Shown here one piece after another: positions 41,870 to 56,420 of a stretch of DNA of 64,000 nt. This DNA is from the human T2T-CHM13v2.0 reference genome, Homo sapiens: assembly GCF_009914755.1 (NCBI RefSeq), contig NC_060932.1. One strand, 5' to 3'. The notes beneath the pieces are model-generated. The model was not told where the DNA came from, made no database searches, and saw nothing but the letters and a program-made list of their open reading frames with translations. Both the position numbers and the translations under genes were made by a program. Every line of letters begins with the position of its first letter. Within the stretch, counting starts at the first letter, position 1.

Positions 41870-43997
41870 GGGGGTGAAGCCAAGATGGCCGAATAGGAAC
41901 AGCTCCAGTCTACAGCACCCAGTGTGAGCGACGCAGAAGACGGGTGATTTCTGCATTTCCAACTGAGGTACCAGGTTCATCTCACTGGGGAGTGCCGGAC
42001 AGTGGGTGCAGGACAGTGGGTGCAGCACACCATGCGTGAGCCGAAGCAGGGCGAGGCATTGCCCCACCCGGGAAGCGTAAGGAGTCAGGGAGTCCCTTTT
42101 CTAGTCAAAGAAAGTGGAGACAGATGGCACCTGGAAAATCGGGTCACTCCCACCCTAATACTGCACTTTTCCAGCGAGCTCAACAAGTGGCACACCAGGA
42201 GATTATATCCTGCACCTGGCTCGGAGGGTCCTACGCCCATGGAGCCTCACTCATTGCTAGCACAGCAGTCTGAGATCAAACTGCAAGGCCGCAGCGAGGC
42301 TGGGGGAGGGGCGCCCGCCATTGCTCAGGCTTGAGTAGGTAAACAAAGCAGCTGGGAAGCTCAAACTGGGTGGAGCCCACCACAGCTCAAGGAGGCCTGC
42401 CTGCCCCTATAGGCTCCACCTCTGGGGGCAGGGCACAGACAAACAAAAGACAGTAATAACCTCTGCGGACTTAAATGTCCCTGTGTGACAGCTTTGAAGA
42501 GAGTAGTGGTTCTCCCAGCATGCAGCTTGAGATCTCAGAATGGGCAGACTACCTCCTCAAGTGGGTCCCTGACCCCCGAGTAGCCTAACTGGGAGGCACC
42601 CCCCAGTAGGGGCAGACTGACACCTCACACGGCCAGGTACTCCTCTGAGACAAAACTTCCAGAGGAACGATCGGGCAGCAGCATTTGCGGTTCACCAATA
42701 TCTGCTGTTCTGCAGCCCCCGCTGCTGATACCCAGGCAAACAGGGTCTGGAGTGGACTTCCAGTAAACTCCAACAAACCTGCAGCTGAGGGTCCTGACTG
42801 TTAGAAGGAAAACTAACAAACAGGACGTCCACACCAAAAACCCATCTGTACGTCACCATCATCAAAGACCAAAAGTAGATAAAACCACAAAGATGGGGAA
42901 AAAACAGAGCAGAAAAACTGGAAACTCTAAAAATCAGAGCGCCTCTCCTCCTCCAAAGGAACGCAGCTCCTCACCAGCAATGGAACAAAACTGGACGGAG
43001 AATGACTTTGATGAGTTGAGAGAGGAAGGCTTCAGATGATCAAACTACTGCGAGCTAAAGGAGGAAGTTCGAACCAATGGGAAAGAAGTTAAAAACTTCG
43101 AAAAAAAATTAGACGAATGGCTAACTAGAATAACCAATGCAGAGAAGTCCTTAAAGGACCTGAAGGAGCTGAAAACCACGGCACAAGAACTACGTGACAA
43201 ATGCACAAGCCTCAGTAACCTATGCGATCAACTGGAAGATAGGGTATCAGTGATGGAAGACGAAATGAATGAAATGAAGCGTGAAGAGAAGTTTAGAGAA
43301 AAAATAATAAGAAATGAACAAAGCCTCTAAGAAATGTGGGACTATGTGAAAAGACCAAATCTACGTCTGATTGGTGTACCTGAAGGTGACGGGGAGAATG
43401 GAACCAAGTTGGAAAACACTCTGCAGGATATTATCCAGGAGAACTTCCCCAATCTAGCAAGGCAGGCCAACATTCACATTCAGGAAATACAGAGAACGCC
43501 ACAAAGATACTCCTCGAGAAGAGCAACTCCAAGACACATAATTGTCAGATTCACCAAAGTTGAAATGAAGGAAAAAATGTTAAGGGCAGCCAGAGAGAAA
43601 GGTCGGGTTACCCACAAAGGGAAGCCCATCAGACTAATAGCGGATCTCTCAGCAGAAACTCTACAAGCCAGAAGAGAGTGGGGGCCAATATTCAACATTC
43701 TTAGAGAAAAGAATTTTCAACCCAGAATTTCATATCCAGCCAAACTAAGCTTCATCAGTGAAGGAGAAATAAAATACTTTACAGACAAGCAAATGCTGAG
43801 AGATTTTGTCACCACCAGGCCTGCCCTAAAAGAGCTCCTGAAGGAAGCGCTAAACATGGAAAGGAACAACCGGTACCAGCCACTGCAAAATCATGCCAAT
43901 TGTAAAGACCATCAAGGCTAGGAAGAAACTGCATCAACTAACGAGGAAAATAACCAGCTAACATCATAATCACAGGATCAAATACACACATAACAAT
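41870..43997 (+). mobile_element. L1PA (about L1PA4) 5' part: full 5' UTR, disrupted ORF1 (42893-43905), first bases of ORF2
   Basis: YY1 site CAAGATGGCC at 41881; ORF1 ATG 42893 with premature TGA (~43037) and TAA (~43328); ORF 43334-43921 is the ORF1p C-terminal part; ORF2 ATG is ATC at 43969. Confidence 0.93.
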
Positions 43998-45690
43998 TGG
44001 TGAATCTCACAATTATGTGTCTTGGAGTTGCTCTTCTCGAGGAGTATCTTTGTGGCATTTTCTGTATTTCCTGAATCTGAAAGTTGGCCTGCCTTGCTAG
44101 ATTGTGGAAGTTCTCCTGGATAATATCCTGCAGAGTGTTTTCCAACTTGGTTCCATTCTCCCCATCACTTTCAGGTACACCAATCAGACGTAGATTTGGT
44201 CTTTTCACATAGTCTCATATTTCTTGGAGGCTTTGTTCATTTCTTTTTATTCTTTTTTCTCTAAACTTCCCTTCTTGCTTCATTTCTTTCATTTCGTCTT
44301 CCATCACTGATACCCTTTCTTCCAGTTGATTGCATCGACTCCTGAGGCTTCTTCACTCTTCATGTAGTTCTCGAGCCTTGGCTTTCAGCTCCATCAGCTC
44401 CTTTAAGCACTTCTCTGTATTGGTTATTCTAGTTATACATTCATCTAAATTTTTTCAAAGTTTTCAACTTCTTTGCCTTTGGTTTGAATTTCCTCCTGTA
44501 GCTCGGCGTAGTTTGATTGTCTGAAGCCTTCTTCTCTGAACTCGTCAAAGTCATTCTCCGTCCAGCTTTTTTCCGTTGCTGGTGAGGAGGTGCATTCCTT
44601 TGGAGGAGGAGAGACGCTCTGCTTTTTAGAGTTTCCAGTTTTTCTGCTCTGTTTTTTCCCCATCTTTGTGGTTTTATCTACTTTTGGTCTTTGATGATGG
44701 TGATGTACAGATGGGTTTTTGGTGTGGATGTCCTTTCTGTTTGTTAGTTTTCCTTCTAACAGACAGGACCCTCAGCTGCAGGTCTGTTGGAGTTTGCTAG
44801 AGGTCCACTCCAGACCCTGTTTGCCTGGGTACCAGCAGCGGTGGCTGCAGAACAGCGGATTTTCGTGAACCGCGAATGCTGCTGTCTGATCGTTCCTCTG
44901 GAAGTTTTGTCTCAGAGGAGTACCCGGCCCCGTGAGGTGTCAGTCTGCCCCTACTGGGGGCTGCCTCCCAGTTAGGCTGCTTGGGGGTCAGGGGTCAGGG
45001 ACCCACTTGAGGCAGTCTGCCTGTTGTCAGATCTCCAGCTGCGTGCTGGGAGAACCACTGCTCTCTTCAAAGCTGTCAGACAGGGACATTTAAGTCTGCA
45101 GAGGTTACTGCTGTCTTTTCGTTTCTCTGTGCCCTGTCCCCAGAGGTGGAGCCTACAGAGGCAGGCAGGCCTCCTTGAGCTGTGGTGGGCTCCACCCAGT
45201 TAGAGCTTCCCGGCTGCTTTGTTTACCTAAGCAAGCCTGAGCAATGGCGGGCACCCCTCCCCCAGGCTCGCTGCGGCCTTGCAGTTTGATCTCAGACTGC
45301 TGTGCTAGCAATCAGTGAGACTCCGTGGGCGTAGGACCCTCCGAGCCACGTGCGGGATATAATCTCCTGGTGTGCCGTTTTTTAAGCCCGTGGGAAAAGT
45401 GCAGTATTAGGGTGGGAGTGCCCTGATTTTCCAGGTGCCGTCTGTCACCCCTTTCTTTGACTAGGAAAGGGAATGCCCTGACCCCTTGCGCTTCCTGAGT
45501 GAGGCACTGCCTCGCCGTGCTTCGGCTCGTGCACGGTGCGCTGCACCCACTGTCCTGCACCCACTGTCTGGCACTCCCTAGTGAGGTGAACCTGGTACCT
45601 CAGATGGAAATGCAGAAATCACCTGTCTTCTGCGTCGCTCACGCTGGGAGCTGTAGACCAGAGCTGTTCCTATTCGGCCATCTTGCCCCT
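43997..45690 (-). mobile_element. L1PA (about L1PA3) 5' part, inverted: full 5' UTR and 5' two-thirds of ORF1
   Basis: GGCCATCTTG at 45676-45685; ORF1 start at 44663 (MGKKQSRKTGNSK); ORF 43978-44208 is the ORF1p middle; duplicated CCCTGAC motif of younger L1PA. Confidence 0.93.
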
Positions 45691-47557
45691 TCGATGCTTT
45701 GAGATTTTTAAACCCAAGATTACATTAAAAGAACCAGTTGTGCACTCTCCCAGTCATCTCAAGGACACAGTACACCTGTGTCAGGGGAGCTGCTCAAAGT
45801 CTGGAATGTAGATTTGGGGCAACAGGTATATTAAGAAGAAAGATTATAGCAGAGCTGGGAGTCAAATTTTTTTTTCTCATCGTTATAATGAAATGACTTA
45901 TTGAAGGGCCTGTTGTATAGTACATTAAAAATCCATACAGTATAGCTTGGATCCTGTCAGAAGAGTGGATTTGATTCTTTCTCTTAAATTATTTTGTAGC
46001 TCTCATTTTGTGTAACCTTTGGGAGGATCCCTTGTGATGTCTTAATGTTTGAGGCTATATTTAATGCTTACCTTCTGGAAAGATGTTACATGAACAGTCT
46101 GTTTAAAGCATGGAGGAATAGTGTCCACTTCTTGGCCTCTTGCCAGCTCTGCCTCCTCATCCCTTCCATCCCTTCTAATCCTGGACCTCTCGTCTTCTGT
46201 GCTTGTACCCCGCATGACGTCATCCAGCCTTCTGGCTTCATCTGTGCAGAGACTGCTTCCCTGAAGTTTTCTATACAGCTGCCTACCCGACATGTACCTG
46301 GGGTTTCTGAGAGGCTTCTCAAACTCACCACGTCACAGATCTCCCTCAGAGCCTACTCACCTTTTATTATTTCCTAACTCCATCAGTCCTGCTGTTCTGG
46401 CCACCTATCTTGTCAATATCCTGACCTCTCTCTCATCCACCTTCAGTACATCAGCAAGTTACATTGTTTCTACTTTTGGAAGAGACCTGGAATTTGACCA
46501 CTCCTCAGGCTTGCACCAGGACCCAGCCCAGCCCCCCAAACCACCCTGACCCTGGACTTAAATTGTTTCACCAGCCTCCAAAAATGGTCTTTCTGCTTCA
46601 CACTTGCTCCCTACCTCTTCAGTCTATTCTGAACACAGCACTCAGAATGCCTCTTCTAAATTATTGGTCAAATAGTGTCATTCCTCTGCTCAAAATCCTT
46701 TGGTGCTCTCTGTCTCATTCTGAGTAAAAGAGCCCTTGCAACGACAAGGCCCTGCGAGACTTAACAGCCTCCCTCCAGCTCTCTCCTGCTCCATGGTCCC
46801 TGTCCGGTCTACTCCAGCATCAGAGCCATGCTGTTCTGGAAGCCTGTGGGCATGCTGCCACTCCAGGGCCCTTGGCCCTTGCTGTTTTCTGTCTGGGCTG
46901 TAGTTCCACAAATAACAAGTGGTTCCTTCCCTTACCTCCTTCACGGTCTTGCTCAAAGGCCACCCCAGTGAGAAGTCCTTCAACCCCGTTTAAAATTGCA
47001 AACCATCCCTGCTTAATTCTTCTCTAAAGCGCATTTCTCTTTCCAATATACTTTATACATTTCCTATTTACTTTATTCATTGTTTGCCTACTGCACTAGT
47101 ATGTAAATTTCATGGTGGTAGGGATTTATGTTTATTGACATAATGAAGACACATTTGACTACATAGCAGTTAAAATATTGTAAGACCACATTAACTAAGT
47201 TAATTATATTCTTTTTCTTTTCAGAGACAGAGTCTCTCTCTTTTGCCCAGTCTGGAGTGCAGTGGTGCGATCATAGCTTATTGCAACCTCAAACTCCAGT
47301 GATCCTCCCACCTCAGCCTCTTGAGTAACTGGGACCACAGGCGTGTGCCACCATGCCTGGCTAATTAAAACTTTTTTTTTTTAAAGAGTTGAGATCTTGT
47401 TATGTTGCCCAGGCCGGTCTCGAATTCTGGGCTCAAGTAGTCCTCCTGCCTTGGCCTCCCAAAGTGCTAGGATTACAGGTGTGAGCCACTGTGTCTGGCC
47501 TAATTATTTTCTGGATCTTGTCTTTTACATTTGCAATAAAGGATCTCATAGGTAATA

Positions 47558-48493
47558 CATTGACCCTTGAACAATGTGGAGATTAGGGGCACTGATCCCC
47601 CACATAATAAGAAATCTGCTTATACTGTTTGATTCCTTAAAAACTTAACAACTAAAAGCCTACTACTGATATCATAGTTGGTTAACTGTACTTTATATAA
47701 GTATTATATACTGTATTCTTCAAGATAGGTAGATTTCATGCATGTCCGTGTGAAGAGACCACCAAACAGGCTTTGTGTGAGCAATAAAGCATTTAATCAC
47801 CTGGGTGCAGGCGGGCTGAGTCCGAAAAGAGAGTCAGCCAAGGGAGATAGGGGTAGGGCCATTTTTATAAGATTTGGGTAGGTAAAGGAAAATTACAGTC
47901 AAGGGGGGTTTGTTCTGTGGTGGGCAGGAGTGGGGGTCGCAAGGTGCTCAGTGGGGGAGCTTTTTGAGCCAGGATGAGCCAGGAAAAGGACTTTCACAAG
48001 GTAATGTCATCGCTTAAGGCAAGGACTGGCCATTTTCACTTCTTTTGTGGTGGAATATCATCAGTTAAGGCAAGGAGCGGCCATTTACACTTCTTTTGTG
48101 GTGGAATGTCATCAGTTAAGGCGGGGCAGGGCAAATTCACTTCTTTTGTGATTCTTCAGTTACTTCAGGCCATCTGGGCGTATATGTGCAAGTCACAGGG
48201 GATGCGATGGCTTGGCTTGGGCTCAGAAGCCTGACGAGAGAAATGTTATTAAGAAAAATCATAAGAAAAAATACATTTACTGTTAATTAAATACATTTAC
48301 TGTTCTTTAAGTGGAAGTGGATCCATCATCCATCGCAAACGTCTTTATCCTTGGTTTTTTCACAGTGAGTGGGCTGAGGAGGAGGAGGAAAGGAAGAGGT
48401 TGGTCTTGGTATCCAAGGGGTGGTAAAGGCAGAAGAAAATCTGTGTGTAAGTGGAACTGCGCAGTTCAAACCCGTGTTGTTCAAGGGTCAAGT
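47558..48493. mobile_element. Tigger2-family non-autonomous element (MER28/Tigger2a-like) interrupted by LTR7
   Basis: Inverted ends TTGACCCTTGAACAA ... TTGTTCAAGGGTCAA with TA flanks. Confidence 0.75.
47734..48236 (-). mobile_element. Solo LTR7 (HERV-H LTR), antisense to POMK
   Basis: Ends TTTCATGC...GTGAAGAGACCACCAAACAGGCTTTG and CTTGGCTTGGGCTCAGAAGCCTGAC; internal tandem CACTTCTTTTGTG repeats. Confidence 0.92.
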
Positions 48494-51400
48494 ATATATA
48501 AAGAGCTCCCAGTAATTAATAAGCACAAGGCAGACAACCCTATAGAAAATTGGATAAAGGACAGTGAACAGACTTTTGACAGCAGAAATACAGAAATGCC
48601 TAAAAAGATGACAAATGCCTAGCCTTATTAGTAATCAGGGAAATACAAATTAGAAGAGTAAGGTATTTTCATCCATTGATTGGCACAAATTACAAACAGT
48701 GGTAATAATCTGGTGTGACTAAGGGTGTATTCCTAAGATTCTATCATGCGCTGCTGGTGAAAGTGCATGCTAGCACAGACTTTGGAGGGTAATGATGGCA
48801 ATAGATATTTGGTAAATTCTGTCTGCCTACCTAGCTTATAAAATATTTGTGCATGTACATAGACATGTAAATATAAGGCTATACACTGTAGCATTGTCAT
48901 TAGAAAAGGGACTAACTTAAATGTCCAGGTCTTTAGAAATAGATCATATAAGATCTTATTAAAGGTCTTTACAAAATTATAGCTACATAATAATCTTAAG
49001 AAAGAATCCAGTCTATTTTGACAGCATCAATTCCAAATTCCTGGTATTTTTATTATATTATACTTTAATTTTAAAGAAAAAAGGTAGTAGTATCTGTAAA
49101 AGCTTACTGGAAATACACAAGTGTAGGTATTATGCCCACACTATGAAACATTACTCAGCTTTAAAAAGAATGGCCTAGATCTACATGTATATATGGAAAG
49201 GATTTCTGAGGCTCAGTTAAATGAAAAAAGAGCTGCAATGTATGTATGTTATAACGCCATTAGTATAACAGCAAACCCAAATGCTGTTTTACAAGTGTAC
49301 ATTAATAAATAAAGGCATAGAAAAACTTCTGGGAGGATGACAGCCAGTTACCAGGTTTCCTTTGGGTCGGGAAGTAAAACTGGGGGCAGGGAGACATCCT
49401 GCCTATCCTCTGTATTTGAGTTTTTACCAAGAAAAGTGTTCACGATTAATTTTATAATAAAAAAGTAAAGTATTTTAACTGTTCTTTCCAAATAAAAGTC
49501 TTTTAGAAAATGATTAAAAGCAACTAAATTAGAGGTTGTGAGAAATGATTCTTAAACAGTCCATGACTAGCAAATTTTTTATATTGGAGGATTCAAATAT
49601 TTGTGTGTGATCTCAAAGACTAATAGTATTTCATAATAATATTTAATAATCTTCATTTATCTGAAACAAAAATGAATGAGACACAAATGAGGGATCAGGA
49701 GCCCTGGGGCCTGTGGCTGAGCCTCCCCAACTTACTGTTTTTTTTGTTGTTGTTGTTACGGAGTCTCGCTCTGTTGCCCAGGCTGGAGTGCAGTGGCCTG
49801 ATCTCGGCTAACTGCAAGCTCCGCCTCCACGGTTCATGCCATTCTGCCATTCTCCTGCCTCAGCCTCCTGAGTAGCTGGGACTACAGGCACCTGCCACCA
49901 TGCCCGGCTAATTTTTTGTATTTTTAGTAGAGATGGGATTTCACCATGTTAGCCAGGATGGTCTTGATCTCCTGACCTCGTGATCCACCCGCCTCGGCCT
50001 CTTGAAGTGCTGGGATTACAGGCATGAGCCACTGCGGCCGGCCCCCCACTTATTGTTGAATGTGTAGCAGCAGCTTCCCAAAAGCCAGCATCGTTTTTAG
50101 GTGAAAAATGGGCCTAGAAAACCAAAGCCATTGCCAGTTCTGGTGGTGACCATGCAGAGGTGGGCGTAAGGAAGCCATGGATCTGAACAAAACCTCAGTT
50201 GTTCGTATTAGAGCCAATTATCAGATTCAGTGGGATGCAAATCTATGGAGAGCGTGTGTTCAATATGAAAATTTAAAAAAATCTTGAACTTTTAGAATGT
50301 GGTCTTATCTAGTCCTTAAAAATTAGGAAATTTTTAGTGCATGTAGCAGCCAGAGTGAAAAACAGCTTTTTTTTTTTTTTTTTTTTTTTTGAGACGAAGT
50401 CTCTAACCAGGCTGGTGTGCAGTGGTGTGATCTTGGCTCACTTCAGCCTCTGCCTCCTGGGTTCAAGCAATTCTCCTGCCTCAGCCTCCTGAGTAGCTGG
50501 GACTGCAGGCGCGCGCCACCACGCCCAGCTAATTATTTTGTATTTTTAGTAGAGATGGGGTTTCACCATGTTGCCAGGCTGGTCTCGATCTCCTGACCTT
50601 GTGATCCTCTTGCCTCGGCTCCCAAAGTGCTGGGATTACAGGCGTGAGCCACCGCGTCCGGCCCAAAAACAGCTTTTTAATAGAAGTTATTATCCTTAGT
50701 GAAATTTCTCAAATATGAGGATTAGAGAGTCTTGAAAGAGTTTTCATTTGAATGTTATGAGCCAATCAAAGTTATCTGGGTTTTTCCATAATGAACCTCC
50801 CTTCTTAGATCCAGAAAAGATCTTCATGGTCCTTGGGTCTAACTCCATTTTATATAATATTTCTTTTTCTTTTTTTTTTTTTAAATTCCCAATGTTAGTT
50901 TTTCTGAAATTTTATATATTTTTGAGTTAAAAAATTTAAGTTGTAAAAGTAATATATGTTCATCTTGGAAAATACCAAAAGATATGAAGGAAAAAAAAAT
51001 CACCCAGAATCTTACCACATAAAGACAACTAAGGCATTAGCATATTTCCTTTGATTTCCATGTGCTGTAATTTAAATTTGTCTCGTTTTATGCAGTTGGA
51101 ACAATATTATACAAATGGTTTTGTATACTTCTCATTTGTAACATTGCTTTTTTTTTTTTTGAGATGGAGTTTCACTCTTGTTCACCCAGGCTGGAGTGCA
51201 ATGGTGTGATCTTGGCTCTCTGCAACCTCCACCTCCTGGGGTTCAAGCTACTCTTCTGCCTCAGCCTCCTGAGTAGCTGGGATTACAGGCATGCACCACC
51301 ATGCCCGGCTAATTTTGTATTTTTAGTAGAGGTTTTAGGTTTTAGGTTTCGTCATGTTGGCTAGGCTGGTCTCCAACTCCTGACCTCAGGTGATCTGCCT

Positions 51401-51629
51401 GCCTTGGCTTCCAAAAGTGCTGGGATTATAGGTATGAGCCACCGCACCCAGCCGTACCATTACTTTTATCTGTTATAACTGTATAAATATATACATTTTG
51501 GTGACCGCATGATATATATATATATTGAATGATCCTCCCACCTCAGCCTCCCCTGAGTAGCTGGGGGTACATGTACGCTCCATTACACCCTGCTTGTTTC
51601 TTAATTTCTTTCTTTTTTTTTTTTTTTGA

Positions 51630-51982
<353 letters not shown>

Positions 51983-52931
51983 TGATAAGTTTCAGTGTAT
52001 GCTTTTATAAATAATGTCAGATTTTTATTCCTGGAGCTTCTTACCTATTTCCGATTATTGCCTTAGATTTAGATGTTAGAGTCTCTTGATAAATAATGCA
52101 AAAAACTGCTTTGGAAACCATAACCTTTATTTGAACAATGACATGGCACACTGCTTGCAGAATGAGCCTGGGGCAGGAATCTCCTGAGTCCTGAGCCTGC
52201 TTTCTCTTTTGTAATCTTCTGCCTTCTCTTGGGATTTAAGCAAAAGATCAGAGGTTCTTCCTTTAATTACAGTGCTTCCTGCAAGCAAATGAAAGGTGAA
52301 AATCCAAGGCAGAAATGTGAACTTGCTCTTCTATTAGCTGTGGACTCTATGAGAAGGTCTAGTGTTTATGTAGCATTTCAGCTCCTGCCTTTACAGCTGA
52401 AGTAACACCAAACCACAGAACATGCAAAAATGTTTTCCTTACATATAAATGTTCCTATTTATGATTTACTATGCCACCTTTTAAAATTAATGAGTAACAT
52501 TGTTACACGTGATGGGCAGGGCTCTACGCCCTCATGTAGGCTTTTCGGGGTCTCCACACTTACCCACTTTTCCAGTCCACTCCCCTGCCTCCTCTTCCTC
52601 CCCACCCACTGTGTGGTGGTCCATTGGAACTGGCAGTCTACTTGCCACTCCTCCCTGCCATGCAGTTATATGGAGTCTTCCCTCCTGAGCTAGCACTCCC
52701 CTGCCCTACATTGAATCTGCAGGTCCCCCTCGTTCTATGAGACCAGCTTCCCAAAGCCTTCCAGCACCCTCTGCAGCAGCTCTCAGTGTCCTGCCCAGAG
52801 GCAATCGCTTCCTGCCCTGAGGTTCCACCCACTAATGTGGCACTTGCCTTGCTGAATGCTGTGTTTGCTCATCGGTCTCTCTTCATAACTAGACGGAGAG
52901 CAACTCTACGATGGGGTCTGCACCTTGTTAA

Positions 52932-53810
<879 letters not shown>

Positions 53811-54997
53811 AAACCAGTCCAGCCAATGAAGGTGGGATTGAAGGGCTGAATGGAAGTTACAGCATTCTACTCTGATGGTGGAGTTTTTTGCCTGAGTTTC
53901 GTGTTTTATTGTTTTTTTTATGGCTTAGCCATGTGGTTCGTTGTCCACATCCACATGTACGTTTGTATGTAGTCCACATTGGTTGTTAGATTTTTTTTTT
54001 TTTCTTTGAGATGCGGTCTTGCTCTGTTGCTGAGGCTGGAGTGCAGTGATGTGATCTTGGCTCACTGCAGCCTCTGCCTCCCAGGTTCAAGCAATTCTCC
54101 CACCTCAGCCTCCTGAGTAGCTGGGATTACAGGCACACCACCACGCCTGGCTAATTTTTGTATTTTTAGTGGAGGTGGGGTTTCACCATGTTGGCCAGGC
54201 TGGTCCCGAACTCCTGACTTCCTCGGCCTCCCAAAGTGTTGGGATTACAGGCATGGGCCACTATGCCTGGCCAGTTGTTAGATTTCCATGGATTTGTAGT
54301 TTCCAAAGTTTCTCGTTATTGATTTCTACTTTTCTTCCATTGTGGTCTGAGAAGGTACTTGATATGATTTAGATTTTTAAAAATTTATTGAGACTTGTTT
54401 TGTGGTCTAACATATGGTCTATGCTGCAGAATGGTCCATGTGCTGATGAGAAGAATGTATATTCTGCAGCTGTTGGAAGAAAGGGTCTGTAAATGTCTGT
54501 TAGGTCCATTTGGTCTATAATGCAGATTAAGTCTGATGTTTCTTTCTAGATGATCTGCCCAATACTGAAAGTGAGGCATTAAAATCCCCTGCTTTTTTTT
54601 GTATTAGGATCTGCCTCTCTCTTTAGCTCTAATAGTGTTTGTTTATACATGTGAGTACTTTGGTATTGGGTGCATATATATTTAAAATTGTTACATCCTT
54701 TTGCTGAATTGATCCCTTTTTCATTATGTAATGATCTTCTTTGTCCCTTTTTATGTTTTCTGACTTAGTCTATTATGAATAAGTATAGCTACTCCTGCAC
54801 ATTTTTGGTTTAAATTTGCACGGAATATTTTTTTCCATCTGTTCACTTTCAGTCTATATGTGTTTTTACATGTGAAGTGAGTTTGTTATAGGTAACATAT
54901 AGTTGAATCTTGTTTTTTTAAAATCCATTCAGCCAGTCTATGTATTTTAATTGGAGAATTTAAATTATTTACATTCAGGGTTTTTATTGATAGGTGA

Positions 54998-55321
<324 letters not shown>

Positions 55322-55414
55322 TGATTCCTTTTTCTCATTTGTGTTTCTGTTCTATTAGTGAGTTTTAAGCCTTTGTTTGTTTTCATGATGGTAGATACCA
55401 TCCTGTCTATTTGA

Positions 55415-55449
55415 AGATCAGATGAGATTGGGCGTGTTCAGGGTGGTAT
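55415..55449 (-). pseudogene. 5S rRNA 5' fragment (continues at 56141-56147 after the LTR)
   Basis: AGATCAGATGAGATTGGGCGTGTTCAGGGTGGTAT(GGC) is the reverse complement of roughly 5S nt 8-45 with CpG transitions. Confidence 0.85.
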
Positions 55450-56140
55450 TAATGTGGGAATGAAGGAGGACTGGAGAGACAATGGGGTGAGACAAGAGGA
55501 TTTTTATTGAGTGCACTCAGACCCAGCTGATAACATTCAAAAACTGGGCCCAGACAAAGACAGTACTTGACTTTTATACACACTTCTAAAAGGGGGTGGG
55601 CTAGCTTGAAACAAGCTTATGGTGGCGTGAAGCAAAGATACAGGGGCAGAACAAAGGCAGCTAATCAAACTGTGACAGGTTCATGAGCCAGGATTACATA
55701 TGACCCTTGCTGTGCAGCTCACATGGCTGTTATCTAGGCTTGCTCAAAAGAGCCTTGCATGGGCTTATCTCATAACGTTCGCTATGGCACCCAGACTGCC
55801 GCAGCCCAGGCCTGCTCAGGCATGTCTTACAACCTTCACTGTGCTGCTTAGTTAAAACAGAGTACTTGAAGTTACTGGTTACAGAAAACCGGAATCTATA
55901 AACTCATATGTTTACTCATAAGGGAAAGGAAAATTTGTTTTTTTCTCCCTATGTTGAGGAAGTGCTGGGAGAGTCTCCAGAGCACATTCCTTTGAGCCTT
56001 TGCTTATTTGATAATGTTATCGAGACTTTGTCTGGGTCCAGGCTTTGACTGTTAACTGCCTTTGGGATGAGTCAGCCTAATATAGAAAGCTTGTTTTTCT
56101 CTTTTTAATTTTATTTTTCTTTCTTTACTTTCCTGCCTCA
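55450..56140 (-). mobile_element. ERV1-class solo LTR (691 bp), family uncertain
   Basis: Minus strand begins TGAGGCAGGAAA; minus-strand TATAAAA and AATAAA; 4-bp TSD GTAT (55446-55449 / 56141-56144). Confidence 0.8.
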
Positions 56141-56195
56141 GTATGGCTTTCTCTTCCAGATGTAGGATTCCCTTAAGCATTTCTTGTCGGGCTGA

Positions 56196-56420
<225 letters not shown>

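Noticed and set aside
43334-43921. 195-aa ORF as a functional L1 ORF1p
   Set aside because: N-terminal half has premature stops, the C-terminus is frameshifted, and ORF2 is absent; the element cannot mobilise
46214-46223. Perfect CRE palindrome ATGACGTCAT
   Set aside because: Single short motif in L2-like sequence; about chance expectation in 64 kb
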